Numbered from the stretch's first letter, positions 1 through 10,029 are shown. The stretch: DNA of 21,126 nt from a bacterium (GCA_046484245.1 JAWOBN010000041.1:1-21126), one strand, 5' to 3'. Program-made: numbers and translations. The notes: generated by a model not told the origin, from the letters alone.

Positions 1-1114
1 CTTGAATATATTGGTCAGCAAATAAAATCTTTTTTTTCTTTTTACTCTTTACAGTATAGGTTTTTTCATTTTCAATATACGGATTTCCCAGTATAAAAAA
101 TTGACTTTCATTACTATTTGTATTCTCAAGATAATAACTCTTAAAAACATGACCCATCAATATAAAAACATCGAAATTATAATCAGCAAGATAAACTCCT
201 CCATGTTGAAAATTGATTATATTGATTTCATATTTTTTCCCTAATTGAGCAATTAAATGAGATTTGAAATTATATTCACAAGCAATGATATAATTCTTGA
301 TAGAACTTTCCTTGAACATCCTATCAATGCGAATAGTCTCAGCTATTATATAGTGCATTTTGTTCATTATCATAAAATCCTGATATGTAATCATCTTGAT
401 TATTCTAGGTATATAAAATTTTAATAATTCAATTATGGTCTGTTTAGCATATTTATTTCTAAACTCTTTTACTTTGATTTTTCTACAATTAATGGTTCTA
501 TAGAATTGTTTGGTTCTGTTATTCTCTGCTCTTCTATCCACAATAAACTGATACTTTTTATTCTTAGGAAAATAATATCTAAATAGTCTGAATGCAGTTA
601 GTGATTCTATCTGTACAACATTTTCATCTAGAGCATCATTTACAAAATGTCTGTTCTGAATAATACGGAGAATATTATTCTTTATACTCGCAATTAAGTT
701 TTTTGCTGAAATCAACCTGTTGAATTCATTTATAACAAAACATGATAATTCATCATTTCTGAATCTATTTGATATCAATAAAATGTTATTATCATTACAT
801 AAGCTTATGAGTTCTTTTATCAATGCTTTGTGATAAAAATAAGAATGATTATGCAACAATGAGCATATTAATGCATTATTGACTTTTATATTTTTTATAA
901 CTAGGCTCTTATTATTCAGATATTTATTTATTTCATATTTAGCTAATCTATGTGCATGTTGCTCAATCTCCATAAAATCTAATTCAATTCTATATAACTG
1001 TGTTATTTCCTGAATATCTGTTAGTTTTTCTAGACAAAAATATCTATCAGCATTTCTCTTTATTGCCTTAACTCTCTTTTTATGAACCGTTTTATCATAA
1101 CATACGATCTTCAT
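1..1114 (-). CDS. Partial (3' end runs off the window) putative GT-B-type glycosyl/phosphotransferase of surface polysaccharide biosynthesis
   Basis: Not in the ORF track because it has no stop in the window. ATG at 1114-1112 overlaps the wzt TGA (ATGA). Manual translation is open for 371 codons: MKIVCYDKTVHKK...LIAQLGKKYEINIINFQHGG...DVFILMG...FFILGNPYIE...KKKILFADQYIQ. The QHG / GNP / KKILF pattern resembles TagF-like or capsule/sialyltransferase-like GT-B enzymes. The ORF is solid; the function is inferred. Confidence 0.7.
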   Translation of the reverse strand, partial: MKIVCYDKTVHKKRVKAIKRNADRYFCLEKLTDIQEITQLYRIELDFMEIEQHAHRLAKYEINKYLNNKSLVIKNIKVNNALICSLLHNHSYFYHKALIKELISLCNDNNILLISNRFRNDELSCFVINEFNRLISAKNLIASIKNNILRIIQNRHFVNDALDENVVQIESLTAFRLFRYYFPKNKKYQFIVDRRAENNRTKQFYRTINCRKIKVKEFRNKYAKQTIIELLKFYIPRIIKMITYQDFMIMNKMHYIIAETIRIDRMFKESSIKNYIIACEYNFKSHLIAQLGKKYEINIINFQHGGVYLADYNFDVFILMGHVFKSYYLENTNSNESQFFILGNPYIENEKTYTVKSKKKKKILFADQYIQ

Positions 1115-2247
1115 TTTTGTTTGAAACTGAATTTATCAATATAATAATTCCCAAATTCAGTTTTTTTAAATTTATCTACAATAATGTTAGTTGCATTTTT
1201 CATTACATAGATTAATTTGCCTTTTTTATCTCTCAATTCAATATTCACAGCATACAACCCCGGTGCAAGATTCAACTCATTAATATTACATATTATCCTG
1301 CCTGTTCTGTTATTAAATACTTTATCCATATTTTTGCTGCTTATCACTATATAATTTTTTAAAGATCTGCCTCTAAAAGTAATATCCACATAAAAAAATT
1401 TATTATAATCATTAATCACATCAAATTCAATTTGGAAATGCCTTTCAAATTGTATTCTATTTTTATTTATTTTAACATTTTCAACATGTAAGCTTTCACC
1501 AAATTGTTTCTCTGATGTCTTTTCTTCTACTCCTTCACTAAATAACTCCGCATAGTATTTAATAACATCATTTGTTGAAGCATTCTTTTCTATCTTGCCA
1601 TCAAGGAGAAGAATAGTTCTATCGCAAATCCTTGATACCTGGTCTAAATTATGTGATACAAAGATAATAGTCACATCACCCAATAGACTTTCAATCTTAT
1701 CAAGGCTCTTTTTCCTGAAGTAATAGTCCCCGACAGCCAAGACCTCATCAATAAGAAGAATCTCAGGGTCAATATGTATAGCCACAGAAAACGCGAGACG
1801 TATGAACATTCCAGAAGAATATTTTTTTACAGGCGTATTTAGAAATTTGCTAATCTCCGCGAATTCAATAATCTCATCCTTTTTATCATCAATCTCCTTC
1901 CTGCTCATTCCCAAAATAGAACCATAAAGATAAATATTTTCTAATCCCGTTAACTCAGGGTGGAATCCCGCTCCTATCTGTATTAAAGGGCCGATTCTTC
2001 CCTGCATACTGTACTGACCTGAAGTTGGCTTTGTAACACCTGATAAAACTTTTAGTAGAGTGGTTTTACCTGACCCATTCGGTCCTATTAATCCAACACA
2101 CTCTCCTTTAGACACAGTAAATGAAATATTTTCCAATGCTGTTGTCTGTTTTTTCTCAGGTGGTGTGAATAGATCTTCTAATGAACCTGCAAGTCCGTAT
2201 CTAATATTAAACTTCTTTGTGATATTATCAACATCAATCATATTCAT
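1111..2247 (-). CDS. wzt: Polysaccharide ABC exporter ATP-binding subunit with C-terminal Wzt_C-like carbohydrate-binding domain
   Basis: Walker A GPNGSGKTT, GAGFHPELTGLENI, signature YSSGMFIRLAFS, Walker B ILLIDEVLAVGD, H-loop VSH. About 130-aa beta-rich C-terminal extension (LAPGLYAVNIEL). GGAG SD upstream; ATGA overlap with wzm. Confidence 0.93.
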   Translation of the reverse strand: MNMIDVDNITKKFNIRYGLAGSLEDLFTPPEKKQTTALENISFTVSKGECVGLIGPNGSGKTTLLKVLSGVTKPTSGQYSMQGRIGPLIQIGAGFHPELTGLENIYLYGSILGMSRKEIDDKKDEIIEFAEISKFLNTPVKKYSSGMFIRLAFSVAIHIDPEILLIDEVLAVGDYYFRKKSLDKIESLLGDVTIIFVSHNLDQVSRICDRTILLLDGKIEKNASTNDVIKYYAELFSEGVEEKTSEKQFGESLHVENVKINKNRIQFERHFQIEFDVINDYNKFFYVDITFRGRSLKNYIVISSKNMDKVFNNRTGRIICNINELNLAPGLYAVNIELRDKKGKLIYVMKNATNIIVDKFKKTEFGNYYIDKFSFKQK

Positions 2248-3011
2248 TTAAAATCTCCAATGATCCTCTCTGTCTTTATTAGAAAGAAAACAGCTAAAAT
2301 TAAAAGGATGGACGAATACAAAAAAGTCATAATAAGACCCGGCAAATTAGTCAATGAACCTTCAAATAGTACAGACCTTACATTATTAATTATTATTGAT
2401 ACTGGACTCCAGTCAATAAGGAATCTGTATTTCTCAGGTAAAAATTTTGATGAATATATAATCGGAGTAAGGAATAAAAGTATCTGCATAAGAAAAGCCA
2501 CAATATACTGAACATCACGAAAAAAGATAACCAGTATTGACAGTATTATTGTAATTCCAATAATAAGAACTATACCAATAACAAGGGGGATGAATATTAA
2601 GAGTAAATGAATATCAAGTATATCTACATTCTTAAACCATGCGAATAGAAAGAACATAATCAAAATAATCAATAAATCTATAATGTATGCAAATACTGAA
2701 GATAATATTATTATGATTCGAGGGAAATATATCTTTGTAATTATATTTATATTCCTCAATAGGCTGGTTTGACCTGTTATTATGCTTCCTCTGAAAAAAT
2801 TCCAGAAAATCAATCCTGAAAACACATAAATTGAATAAGGTATATTATAAGGCAGATCTGTGATGTTTTTCCTGAATACTATTGAAAAAGTCAGAATCAC
2901 TAATAATGGCTGAAGAATAATCCAGATGGAGCCCAACAAAGTTTGTTTATATCTTATCACAATTTCTCTTTTTGTTAAAAACCACAGTAATTCAAGACGT
3001 CTAATTAACAC
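2244..3011 (-). CDS. wzm: Polysaccharide ABC exporter permease
   Basis: REIVIRYKQTLLGSIWIILQPL, ITKIYFPR and FFRDVQYIV...FLTPIIY motifs with about 6 hydrophobic segments. Start placed at the in-frame GTG at 3011, which has GGAG 6 nt upstream, rather than the track's 3044. ATG at 3023 is an alternative. Confidence 0.9.
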   Translation of the reverse strand: MLIRRLELLWFLTKREIVIRYKQTLLGSIWIILQPLLVILTFSIVFRKNITDLPYNIPYSIYVFSGLIFWNFFRGSIITGQTSLLRNINIITKIYFPRIIIILSSVFAYIIDLLIILIMFFLFAWFKNVDILDIHLLLIFIPLVIGIVLIIGITIILSILVIFFRDVQYIVAFLMQILLFLTPIIYSSKFLPEKYRFLIDWSPVSIIINNVRSVLFEGSLTNLPGLIMTFLYSSILLILAVFFLIKTERIIGDFK

Positions 3012-4851
3012 TATTCTCTCCATATTCAAGCAATTTATACTCATACTGTGTTTTCGCCTTTCCTAGGAGTTCAGGTAAACTGTCCATTATTTCATACTGC
3101 CTCTGCATCAATTGAGGATTATCTGATAAACTGTTCAAGAGCATTATGCCCCGGATAAAATAAGGTTCGTACTCAATGGCTTTTTCCAGATGAGAAACAG
3201 CCCCGGCAGTATCACCCTGCTCCAGATGATACCGGGCAAATGCGTATCTGTAGAATGGATTACGGGGATTCAGGTCAATGCCTTTTTGATAATTTAGTTC
3301 TATCATTTCATTGATACTATTATTCTTTCTGAGCACAGTGTTCTTATACTTCATGAGAAAATCAGAATAGGTCAGATAATACCTGTATTCCATTGGGAAA
3401 GATGAGAGCAGCATACCGTAATCATCCAGTATATTCTGAAAATACTTCACACTGTTTGTATTCTTAAAGAGCTGCTCAGAAACAATAATGTGGCTTTCAA
3501 TATACTGCGGCTTGCCCGTCAGAGCGTACAGTGTCAGGACCTTTTCAGTAATATACTCGTAGTTTTCATCCGTAATGTCTTCACTGCTGCTCAGAGTTTC
3601 ATTTATAGGTTTGGTCTTATAATGGGCATATATATCTATTGCATTGGTAATAACCAGTATGGCAAATACAATTATCACTGTTATCTTATACAGTAGTCCT
3701 GGATTGGCTTTAAAGTGCCGAAAAAGAGCACCCATGCATATAAAAAACACTACGGCATTATAAGGCAGGTACAGTGCATTATCAAAGACAGACATAATAA
3801 AGAATAGGGATAGAATTATCAGTATAAATTTACCGGGGAGTTTAAGATTGCTTCTCCTGATAAAACCAATAAATGCATACAAGAAGACAAGCATAATGGC
3901 GAGCCCGAATATTCCTGCACTTACAAACCATTCAAGGTACTCATTATGGGCGATTTTCGCATGTGAGCCGAATCTGGCTATTCTGCCCTCAACAGGGAAA
4001 TTATTCTTTAATGTATAATAACTGAGATTATTATAGCCAATGCCCATTGGCAGATTGCGCAGTGCAATACCTGCTGTCTGCTTGTATATATTTGCCCTCT
4101 GGACACCATAGGGATTAATCTCCCTTTCATGGAAGAACCTGTGCTGTGCATTGGACGGGATAAGCAGCATCAGTAAAACTGCTGCTGTCAGTCCTATGAC
4201 AGCCATTCTCTTTTTATAGGCAAATATGATAAGGAATGCAGCAAGAGGCAATAGCACAATTATATTTCTGCTTCCTGTTCTGAAATCAGCATAAAGGAGC
4301 AATATGCCTGTCAGCCCGTAGACTAGACCGCGCAGTTTTCTGCCCTGTGAGAAATATCTGATAATGAGAAATGCCGAGGAAACAACACCTGCAATGAATA
4401 ACAGTGAAAGGAAATTGGGATAATGTGTATTGCCCTCTATCCTGCCTGCTCTTCCTGCAAAATCATCCAGTGAATAGATTATCTGAACAATGCCAGAGAC
4501 AATTACAGCATGGCTGATTGTTATAAATAATTTTCCCTTGTCCCACTTGGCAGATGATACATAGAGCAGGATGAGAAAGTAAAAACCGTATTCAGCGAAG
4601 TGCAATCTTGCATTGTACCCATTAACAGAGAAATTATAGTGAATAACAAATGATACTGTGTATATGAGAAGCACGGCAAATGCAGGAATGTTTATGCGCT
4701 TTTTGCTCTCCAGTGCAAAGAGCATGGCAAGAGCAAAACTGCCTATCAGTGAATAATACCGGATAAATAAGAACTTCTCACAGTCAAATATTGACGGTAA
4801 TATAATAAGAAGTCCAATAAAGAAATATTTGAGATTACTTCTCATTTTCAT
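3001..4851 (-). CDS. O-antigen ligase / O-oligosaccharyltransferase-like (Wzy_C family) membrane protein with C-terminal TPR region
   Basis: Multi-TM N-terminal 400 aa with RIEGNTHYPNFL, TGSRN, QRANIYK...PMGIG and AHNEYLEWFVSAGIFG (conserved R/H pattern of WaaL/PglL-like enzymes). C-terminal TPR-like NPRNPFYRYAFARYHLEQGDTAGAVSHLEKAIEYEP. The start may be ATG 4851 or 4845. Confidence 0.85.
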   Translation of the reverse strand: MKMRSNLKYFFIGLLIILPSIFDCEKFLFIRYYSLIGSFALAMLFALESKKRINIPAFAVLLIYTVSFVIHYNFSVNGYNARLHFAEYGFYFLILLYVSSAKWDKGKLFITISHAVIVSGIVQIIYSLDDFAGRAGRIEGNTHYPNFLSLLFIAGVVSSAFLIIRYFSQGRKLRGLVYGLTGILLLYADFRTGSRNIIVLLPLAAFLIIFAYKKRMAVIGLTAAVLLMLLIPSNAQHRFFHEREINPYGVQRANIYKQTAGIALRNLPMGIGYNNLSYYTLKNNFPVEGRIARFGSHAKIAHNEYLEWFVSAGIFGLAIMLVFLYAFIGFIRRSNLKLPGKFILIILSLFFIMSVFDNALYLPYNAVVFFICMGALFRHFKANPGLLYKITVIIVFAILVITNAIDIYAHYKTKPINETLSSSEDITDENYEYITEKVLTLYALTGKPQYIESHIIVSEQLFKNTNSVKYFQNILDDYGMLLSSFPMEYRYYLTYSDFLMKYKNTVLRKNNSINEMIELNYQKGIDLNPRNPFYRYAFARYHLEQGDTAGAVSHLEKAIEYEPYFIRGIMLLNSLSDNPQLMQRQYEIMDSLPELLGKAKTQYEYKLLEYGENSVN

Positions 4852-6187
4852 AGGATTTGAGTTTCCTGTATAGTGTTGATAGATTTATACCGAGCTGCTC
4901 TGCTGCCTGTTTCTTATCACCGTCAGCTGACCGCATTGCTCTTTCAATGAGGTCTCTTTCCATCTCTTCTATTGTCGGGATACTGCCCGTTGATGCAGTA
5001 CTGTCAAACTTGGCAGTACCGATATCCAGAGGTATATCGGAAACAGCAATCCGGGCGTCCTGCTTAATAACAATCATCCTCTCTGCAATATTGATAAGCT
5101 CCCGCACATTGCCGGGCCAATCATATTGCTCCAGTTTCCTGTAAACATTATCTGATACCTTTTCAATTGATTTTGAGTACTTTGCGGCAAATTGTTCAAT
5201 ATAATAATCAAATAGCATCCTTATATCACTCTTCCTCTCACGAAGGGGCGGGATATCCAGACGAATCACATTGAGGCGGTAGAAGAGGTCTGTTCTAAAT
5301 CTGTTGTTCTCCACCTCTTTTTCAATATCCTTGTTTGTTGCTGCAATAATCCTCACATCAACAGGTATTGTCTCCACACTGCCTATTGGTGTTATCTCCT
5401 TCTCCTGAATAACCCTGAGGAGTTTTACCTGCATTGATGTATCCATCTCAGCAATCTCATCCAGAAAAATAGTACCCTCATTGGCAACTTTGAAGAGCCC
5501 GTCCTTATTGGTATATGCTCCTGTAAAAGAGCCCTTTTTATGCCCGAACAGCTCACTCTCCAGGAGATTCTCATTGATTGCAGCGCAATTGACAGACACA
5601 AAGCTCCCGTTTTTCCTGTTTGAATACTTATATATCATCTTTGCAACGATTTCCTTGCCTGTTCCGCTTTCACCTGTTATGAGCACAGTGGAGTCAGTTG
5701 GCGCAATATTCATTATCATTGATTTTATCTCTTTGACTGACTGATGTTCTCCGAGAAACATCGGTTTCTCGTCAATATCATACTTGTCCTTATAGTAATT
5801 GAAATTGATCTTTATCTGCCTGTCTTTGATTGCCTTTTCTATGATACTGTTCAAGAGGTCAATATCCTCAATCTTTTCAAGGAATTCAAATGCTCCTGCC
5901 CTGAGCGCCTCCAGCAGGAGTTCACTGTCTTTACCATAAGCAGTTATGAGTATCACATTGATAAGGGGGTCTATTGCCTTGAGTTCCCTGAGCAGTTCAA
6001 TACCTGTCATTTGCCCCATTCTGATATCTGATACAACAACATCAATATTCTCTGCACTGAATATATCCAATGCCTTCCCGGGGCTTGTTGTATATGTAAC
6101 CTTATAACCGGTCTTTTTGAGTTTATAGTCCAGCATCTTGCATCTGTTCTTGTCATCATCAACAACAAGTATGTGATATTTAATCAT
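4835..6187 (-). CDS. pilR: Sigma54-dependent response regulator (REC-AAA+-Fis HTH), PilR-like
   Basis: REC domain (VVDDD, VVSDIRM), GESGTGKE, ESELFGHKKGSFTGA, FLDEI, DLFYRLNV, WPGNVREL and C-terminal HTH AAEQLGINLSTLYRKLK. Follows pilC-pilS. Confidence 0.88.
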   Translation of the reverse strand: MIKYHILVVDDDKNRCKMLDYKLKKTGYKVTYTTSPGKALDIFSAENIDVVVSDIRMGQMTGIELLRELKAIDPLINVILITAYGKDSELLLEALRAGAFEFLEKIEDIDLLNSIIEKAIKDRQIKINFNYYKDKYDIDEKPMFLGEHQSVKEIKSMIMNIAPTDSTVLITGESGTGKEIVAKMIYKYSNRKNGSFVSVNCAAINENLLESELFGHKKGSFTGAYTNKDGLFKVANEGTIFLDEIAEMDTSMQVKLLRVIQEKEITPIGSVETIPVDVRIIAATNKDIEKEVENNRFRTDLFYRLNVIRLDIPPLRERKSDIRMLFDYYIEQFAAKYSKSIEKVSDNVYRKLEQYDWPGNVRELINIAERMIVIKQDARIAVSDIPLDIGTAKFDSTASTGSIPTIEEMERDLIERAMRSADGDKKQAAEQLGINLSTLYRKLKSYENEK

Positions 6188-7712
6188 GTTTCTTCTCCAG
6201 CTTTATCCTGAATATTGTCTCATTATTCTCCCTCATATACTCAATACTGCCCGAATGCTCTTCTCTCAGTATCTTGTAAACAATGGCAAGCCCCAGTCCC
6301 GTGCCTCCCGGTTTTGAACTGACAAATGGATGAAATATCTTGTCTTCAATTGTCTTGTCAACACCAGGTCCATTGTCAACTACATCAATTATATGATTCT
6401 CCGCATTCTCACTGAAGCGAATCCTTATCAGTTTATCTTCTTTTTCCTTTACTGCATCCAGCGCATTGTGAAGCAGATTAATCATTATCTGCTTGAATTT
6501 ATTATAATCAGCGTAAATAACAGTATCTTCACTGATGTTCTCTGTTTCAAGGCAGTCAATATTGAGCAGATTGTTTATCTTGTCAATTGTTCTGCTCAGG
6601 TTGATTTTTTCAATATTGGCACTGCCCTTGGATGAATACACGAGGAATTCATTGATAAGATGATTGAGGCGTTCTATTTCCTCCAGTGTGACCCGGAACA
6701 TCGGATGACTTTCTGCTTCACTGCCCATTTCATCGCGCAGTATCTTCACAGAACCCTTAATTGATGAGAGGGGGTTTCTGATTTCATGTGCAATGGAAGC
6801 AGCCAGTTCACCTATTGCACTCATCCTCTCCTTCTCCAGGAATTTCCTCTCATAATCCTTGAGGCGGGTTATATCATTGATTATGAGTATTATATTATTC
6901 TCAACACCTCCATGCATCAGATTCTCCACGCGCACATCATAATGATTGTTCTCATGCGTAAACTGGAAATAATTGCTGTGCTTTATGCGGCTAAGCACCT
7001 TTATACCTGTATTGTATATGCTTTTGTTGAGTTCAATACCGGGCACCAGCTCTTTTGCGCTCCTGTTGAAGTCCATTACCCTGTCATTCTCATTGAGGAT
7101 AATGATTGCTGACTGTATATTGTTTATGATGTCCTTGAGCCGCACCCTGTATGTCAGCATCTCTTCTCTGCCCTTCTGCAGGCGTTCGGAGAGGAATCCG
7201 CCTATTGCTGCAATGAGGAAATACGCCAGTGTATTGATATAGACGCGTATTATCAGTGTGTCAATCAGAAGATTGGTCTCTAGGGCATAGGGGGAAATAA
7301 GGAAGCCGAAGTGCTCACCCAGGAGCAGAAGCAGATATCCGGCAGCTGAGAGTGCTGCAAGGACCATGCCGCCCTTAGTAAGAAGAAATAAGCTTCCTGC
7401 AATAATATTTATGAAGTACAGTATGGAGAATGTGCTCTCACTGCCCCCTGTATAGTAGATAATTGCAAATATGAGCAGATTGTCAAAAATCAGCTGAAAG
7501 TAGAGATGCTGGACATTGAGCTTGTCCTTTTTCAGTATTATCCAGAATATGACATTCATCAGGAATGTCATTGCAATAATGATAATGAGGGGAATAAAAT
7601 TGAATGCCAGTCCACGGATAAGTGTGGCAATACCTGTAATAATGATTGAGATTACAATGAGTAATCTCAATATTATATACCATTTATATCTCAGCTTTAT
7701 GTTTGAGAACAT
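6180..7712 (-). CDS. pilS: Membrane sensor histidine kinase, PilS-like
   Basis: About 6 N-terminal TM helices with the YYTGGSESTFSILY loop, a PAS-like segment, H-box AHEIRNPL, N-box NLLHNA, DNGPG and GGTGLGL. Lies between pilC and pilR. Confidence 0.88.
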   Translation of the reverse strand: MFSNIKLRYKWYIILRLLIVISIIITGIATLIRGLAFNFIPLIIIIAMTFLMNVIFWIILKKDKLNVQHLYFQLIFDNLLIFAIIYYTGGSESTFSILYFINIIAGSLFLLTKGGMVLAALSAAGYLLLLLGEHFGFLISPYALETNLLIDTLIIRVYINTLAYFLIAAIGGFLSERLQKGREEMLTYRVRLKDIINNIQSAIIILNENDRVMDFNRSAKELVPGIELNKSIYNTGIKVLSRIKHSNYFQFTHENNHYDVRVENLMHGGVENNIILIINDITRLKDYERKFLEKERMSAIGELAASIAHEIRNPLSSIKGSVKILRDEMGSEAESHPMFRVTLEEIERLNHLINEFLVYSSKGSANIEKINLSRTIDKINNLLNIDCLETENISEDTVIYADYNKFKQIMINLLHNALDAVKEKEDKLIRIRFSENAENHIIDVVDNGPGVDKTIEDKIFHPFVSSKPGGTGLGLAIVYKILREEHSGSIEYMRENNETIFRIKLEKKHD

Positions 7713-7718
7713 ATTCTT

Positions 7719-8918
7719 TTACATGACAAGAGACATCATCTGGAACATGGGCAGATACATTGCCATAACAATTCCGCCTATGCCCGCACCGAGGAATACA
7801 ATGATAATGGGTTCCAGTGCTGACATCAATGTCTCAACAGCAGCATCAACCTCTTCGTCATAGAAATCAGCAACCTTGACAAGCATATCCTCCAGACCGC
7901 CTGTCTCTTCACCGATTCTTATCATCTGCACAACCATTGGCGGGAAAACCGGCTCTTTGCTGAGGGGATTGGATATGGATTCACCCTCCTGAATGGAGCT
8001 TCTCGCCTTCATGATAGCAGTTTCTACAACTGCATTACCTGATGTTCTGCCTGTTGTTTCCAGTGCACTGATTATATTGACACCTGATGAGAGCAGTGTT
8101 GCCAGTGTCCTGGAGAAACGGGCAATGGACTGTTTCTGGATGAGATTGCCGAATACAGGGGTCTTTAGAAATATTCTGTCTGTGAGCATTTTCCCCTGAG
8201 GCGTTGCCCTGTAAAACCTGTAAGCAACAGCAAAAGCAATAACCACCACTATGATTATCAGTATATTCTTCTGAAGGAATTCGGACAGATTCATCACAAT
8301 CTGCGTGGGCAGAGGGAGTGAACCGCCGAAGGATGTAAACATCTCGGCAAACACGGGTATGACGAATATAAGGAGTACTGCCATTGCAATAACAGATACT
8401 GTGACAATAACAGCAGGATAGACAAGTGCGCCCTTTATCTTCCTTGTCAGCGCCTCTGTCTTTTCCATATACTCAGCAAGACGGCCCAGTATTGTATCCA
8501 GTGCACCGCCCTCTTCACCTGCTTCTACCATATTGGTATAAAGGTCAGTAAATACACCCTTCTGTTTACGCATTGCATCAGCCAGTGTGGAGCCGCCCTC
8601 AACATCGGATATGATGCGCTTGATAACACTCTGGAAATTCTTGTTCTCCACCTGTTCTTCCAGAATCTTGAGGCACTGGAGAAGGGGGAGACCGGCTGTT
8701 ATCATTGTGGCAAACTGCCTGGTGAACAGTGTTATATCACTGGTGCTGACACCGGAACCGAATTTTATCTCCATTGAAGCCCAGTCACGGCTCAGAGATA
8801 TGACCTGTATGTTGCGGGCTTTCAGGATACTCTTTGCTTCATCAGCATTCTTTGCCTCAATTGTCTCCTGAATTACCTGGCCCTTGACATTTCTGCCCTT
8901 GTATTTGAATTTAGCCAT
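7719..8918 (-). CDS. pilC: Type IV pilus inner-membrane platform protein (T2SS F family)
   Basis: FTRQFATMITAGLPL, AGEEGGALDTIL, KIKGALVYP, IGEETGGLEDML and EPIIIVFLG..MYLPMF. SD GAGGGGG upstream. Confidence 0.95.
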   Translation of the reverse strand: MAKFKYKGRNVKGQVIQETIEAKNADEAKSILKARNIQVISLSRDWASMEIKFGSGVSTSDITLFTRQFATMITAGLPLLQCLKILEEQVENKNFQSVIKRIISDVEGGSTLADAMRKQKGVFTDLYTNMVEAGEEGGALDTILGRLAEYMEKTEALTRKIKGALVYPAVIVTVSVIAMAVLLIFVIPVFAEMFTSFGGSLPLPTQIVMNLSEFLQKNILIIIVVVIAFAVAYRFYRATPQGKMLTDRIFLKTPVFGNLIQKQSIARFSRTLATLLSSGVNIISALETTGRTSGNAVVETAIMKARSSIQEGESISNPLSKEPVFPPMVVQMIRIGEETGGLEDMLVKVADFYDEEVDAAVETLMSALEPIIIVFLGAGIGGIVMAMYLPMFQMMSLVM

Positions 8919-8938
8919 TTATATCCCCCTCGTTATTA

Positions 8939-10021
8939 TTATTTTATGCCCTGTGCCTGTCTGAACTCACCGAGCATCTGCTCCAGTTCAGCAGGATCCC
9001 TGGATGCTGCCATCATACTCTTCAAATCAATTTCCTTGCTCTTGTACAGATCAAACAATGCCTGATTCATTGTCTGCATTCCGTATTTCTTTCCTGCCTG
9101 TATCATTGAGTATATCTGATGTATCTTGTCATCCCTGATAAGCGCCTTGATTGCAGGTGTTCCCACAAGTATCTCCATTGCCAGAACCCTGCCTCCTCTT
9201 ATCTTGGGAATCAGTGTCTGTGTCATAATACCTATTGTTACAAATGCAAGCTGAGCCCTCACCTGTGCCTGCTGGGCTTCCGGGAATACATCTATTATCC
9301 TGTTAATGGATTCTGCTGCTGAATTGGTATGCAGTGTGGCAAATGTCAAATGCCCTGTCTCTGCAATAGTCAGTGCTGCCTGTATTGTCTCAAGGTCTCT
9401 CATTTCACCGACCATGACAATGTCAGGGTCCTGCCTCAACACATATTTGAGGGCATTGGGAAAGGATTTGGTGTCTGACCCTACCTGTCTCTGATTGACA
9501 ATGCACCTCTTATGCTTGAAGAGGAATTCTATGGGGTCTTCCACTGTCATTATATGCGATCTGCGTTCCTGATTTATCTTGTCTATCATTGCAGCAAGTG
9601 TTGTGGATTTTCCGCTTCCCGTAGGACCTGTTACCAGTATGAGGCCCTTGGGTCTTTCAGACAATTTGGCAACACTGGCAGGCACACCGAGTTTATTGAA
9701 TCCCAGTATTTCAAATGGTATTGTCCTCAATGCCATTGCCACTTGCCCCCTCTGCCTGAAAACATTGCCCCTGAATCTTGAGAGCTTGGGGACACCGAAT
9801 GAGAGGTCAAGTTCCCACTCCTGTTCAAATTTCTTCTTCTGGGAATCATTGAGAATACTGTATGCGAGATTCTCCGTCTCTTCCGGTTTGAGGGGTTCAT
9901 AATCCATTGGCGCTATCTGACCGTCAATTCTCAGTGACGGCGGTATGCCAGGTGTTATGTGCAGATCTGAAGCACCCCTGTCAATCATTTCCTTGAGTAA
10001 ATCAGTGATTGCTGCTACCAT
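8939..10021 (-). CDS. pilT: Type IV pilus retraction ATPase
   Basis: GASDLHI, GPTGSGKSTT, TVEDPIE, LRQDPD..VGEMRD, ETGHLTFATLHTN, the AIRNLIRE-like motif AIKALIRD and GMQT. SD AGGAGG upstream. Confidence 0.95.
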   Translation of the reverse strand: MVAAITDLLKEMIDRGASDLHITPGIPPSLRIDGQIAPMDYEPLKPEETENLAYSILNDSQKKKFEQEWELDLSFGVPKLSRFRGNVFRQRGQVAMALRTIPFEILGFNKLGVPASVAKLSERPKGLILVTGPTGSGKSTTLAAMIDKINQERRSHIMTVEDPIEFLFKHKRCIVNQRQVGSDTKSFPNALKYVLRQDPDIVMVGEMRDLETIQAALTIAETGHLTFATLHTNSAAESINRIIDVFPEAQQAQVRAQLAFVTIGIMTQTLIPKIRGGRVLAMEILVGTPAIKALIRDDKIHQIYSMIQAGKKYGMQTMNQALFDLYKSKEIDLKSMMAASRDPAELEQMLGEFRQAQGIK

Positions 10022-10029
10022 TATTCCTC

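Noticed and set aside
3012..3044. Track start of wzm at 3044 (MSINCLN...)
   Set aside because: It gives a longer overlap with the ligase and has no SD. The GTG at 3011 has a well-spaced GGAG.
4835..4900. Hidden pilin gene or sigma54 (-24/-12) promoter downstream of pilR
   Set aside because: pilR overlaps the next gene, leaving no room for a pilin. I saw no prepilin G/FxxxE ORF and no convincing TGGCAC-N5-TTGC, though my search was not exhaustive.
5519..5536. GSFTGA instead of GAFTGA in the sigma54 activator
   Set aside because: This is a known functional variant in PilR-type activators and not evidence of inactivation.
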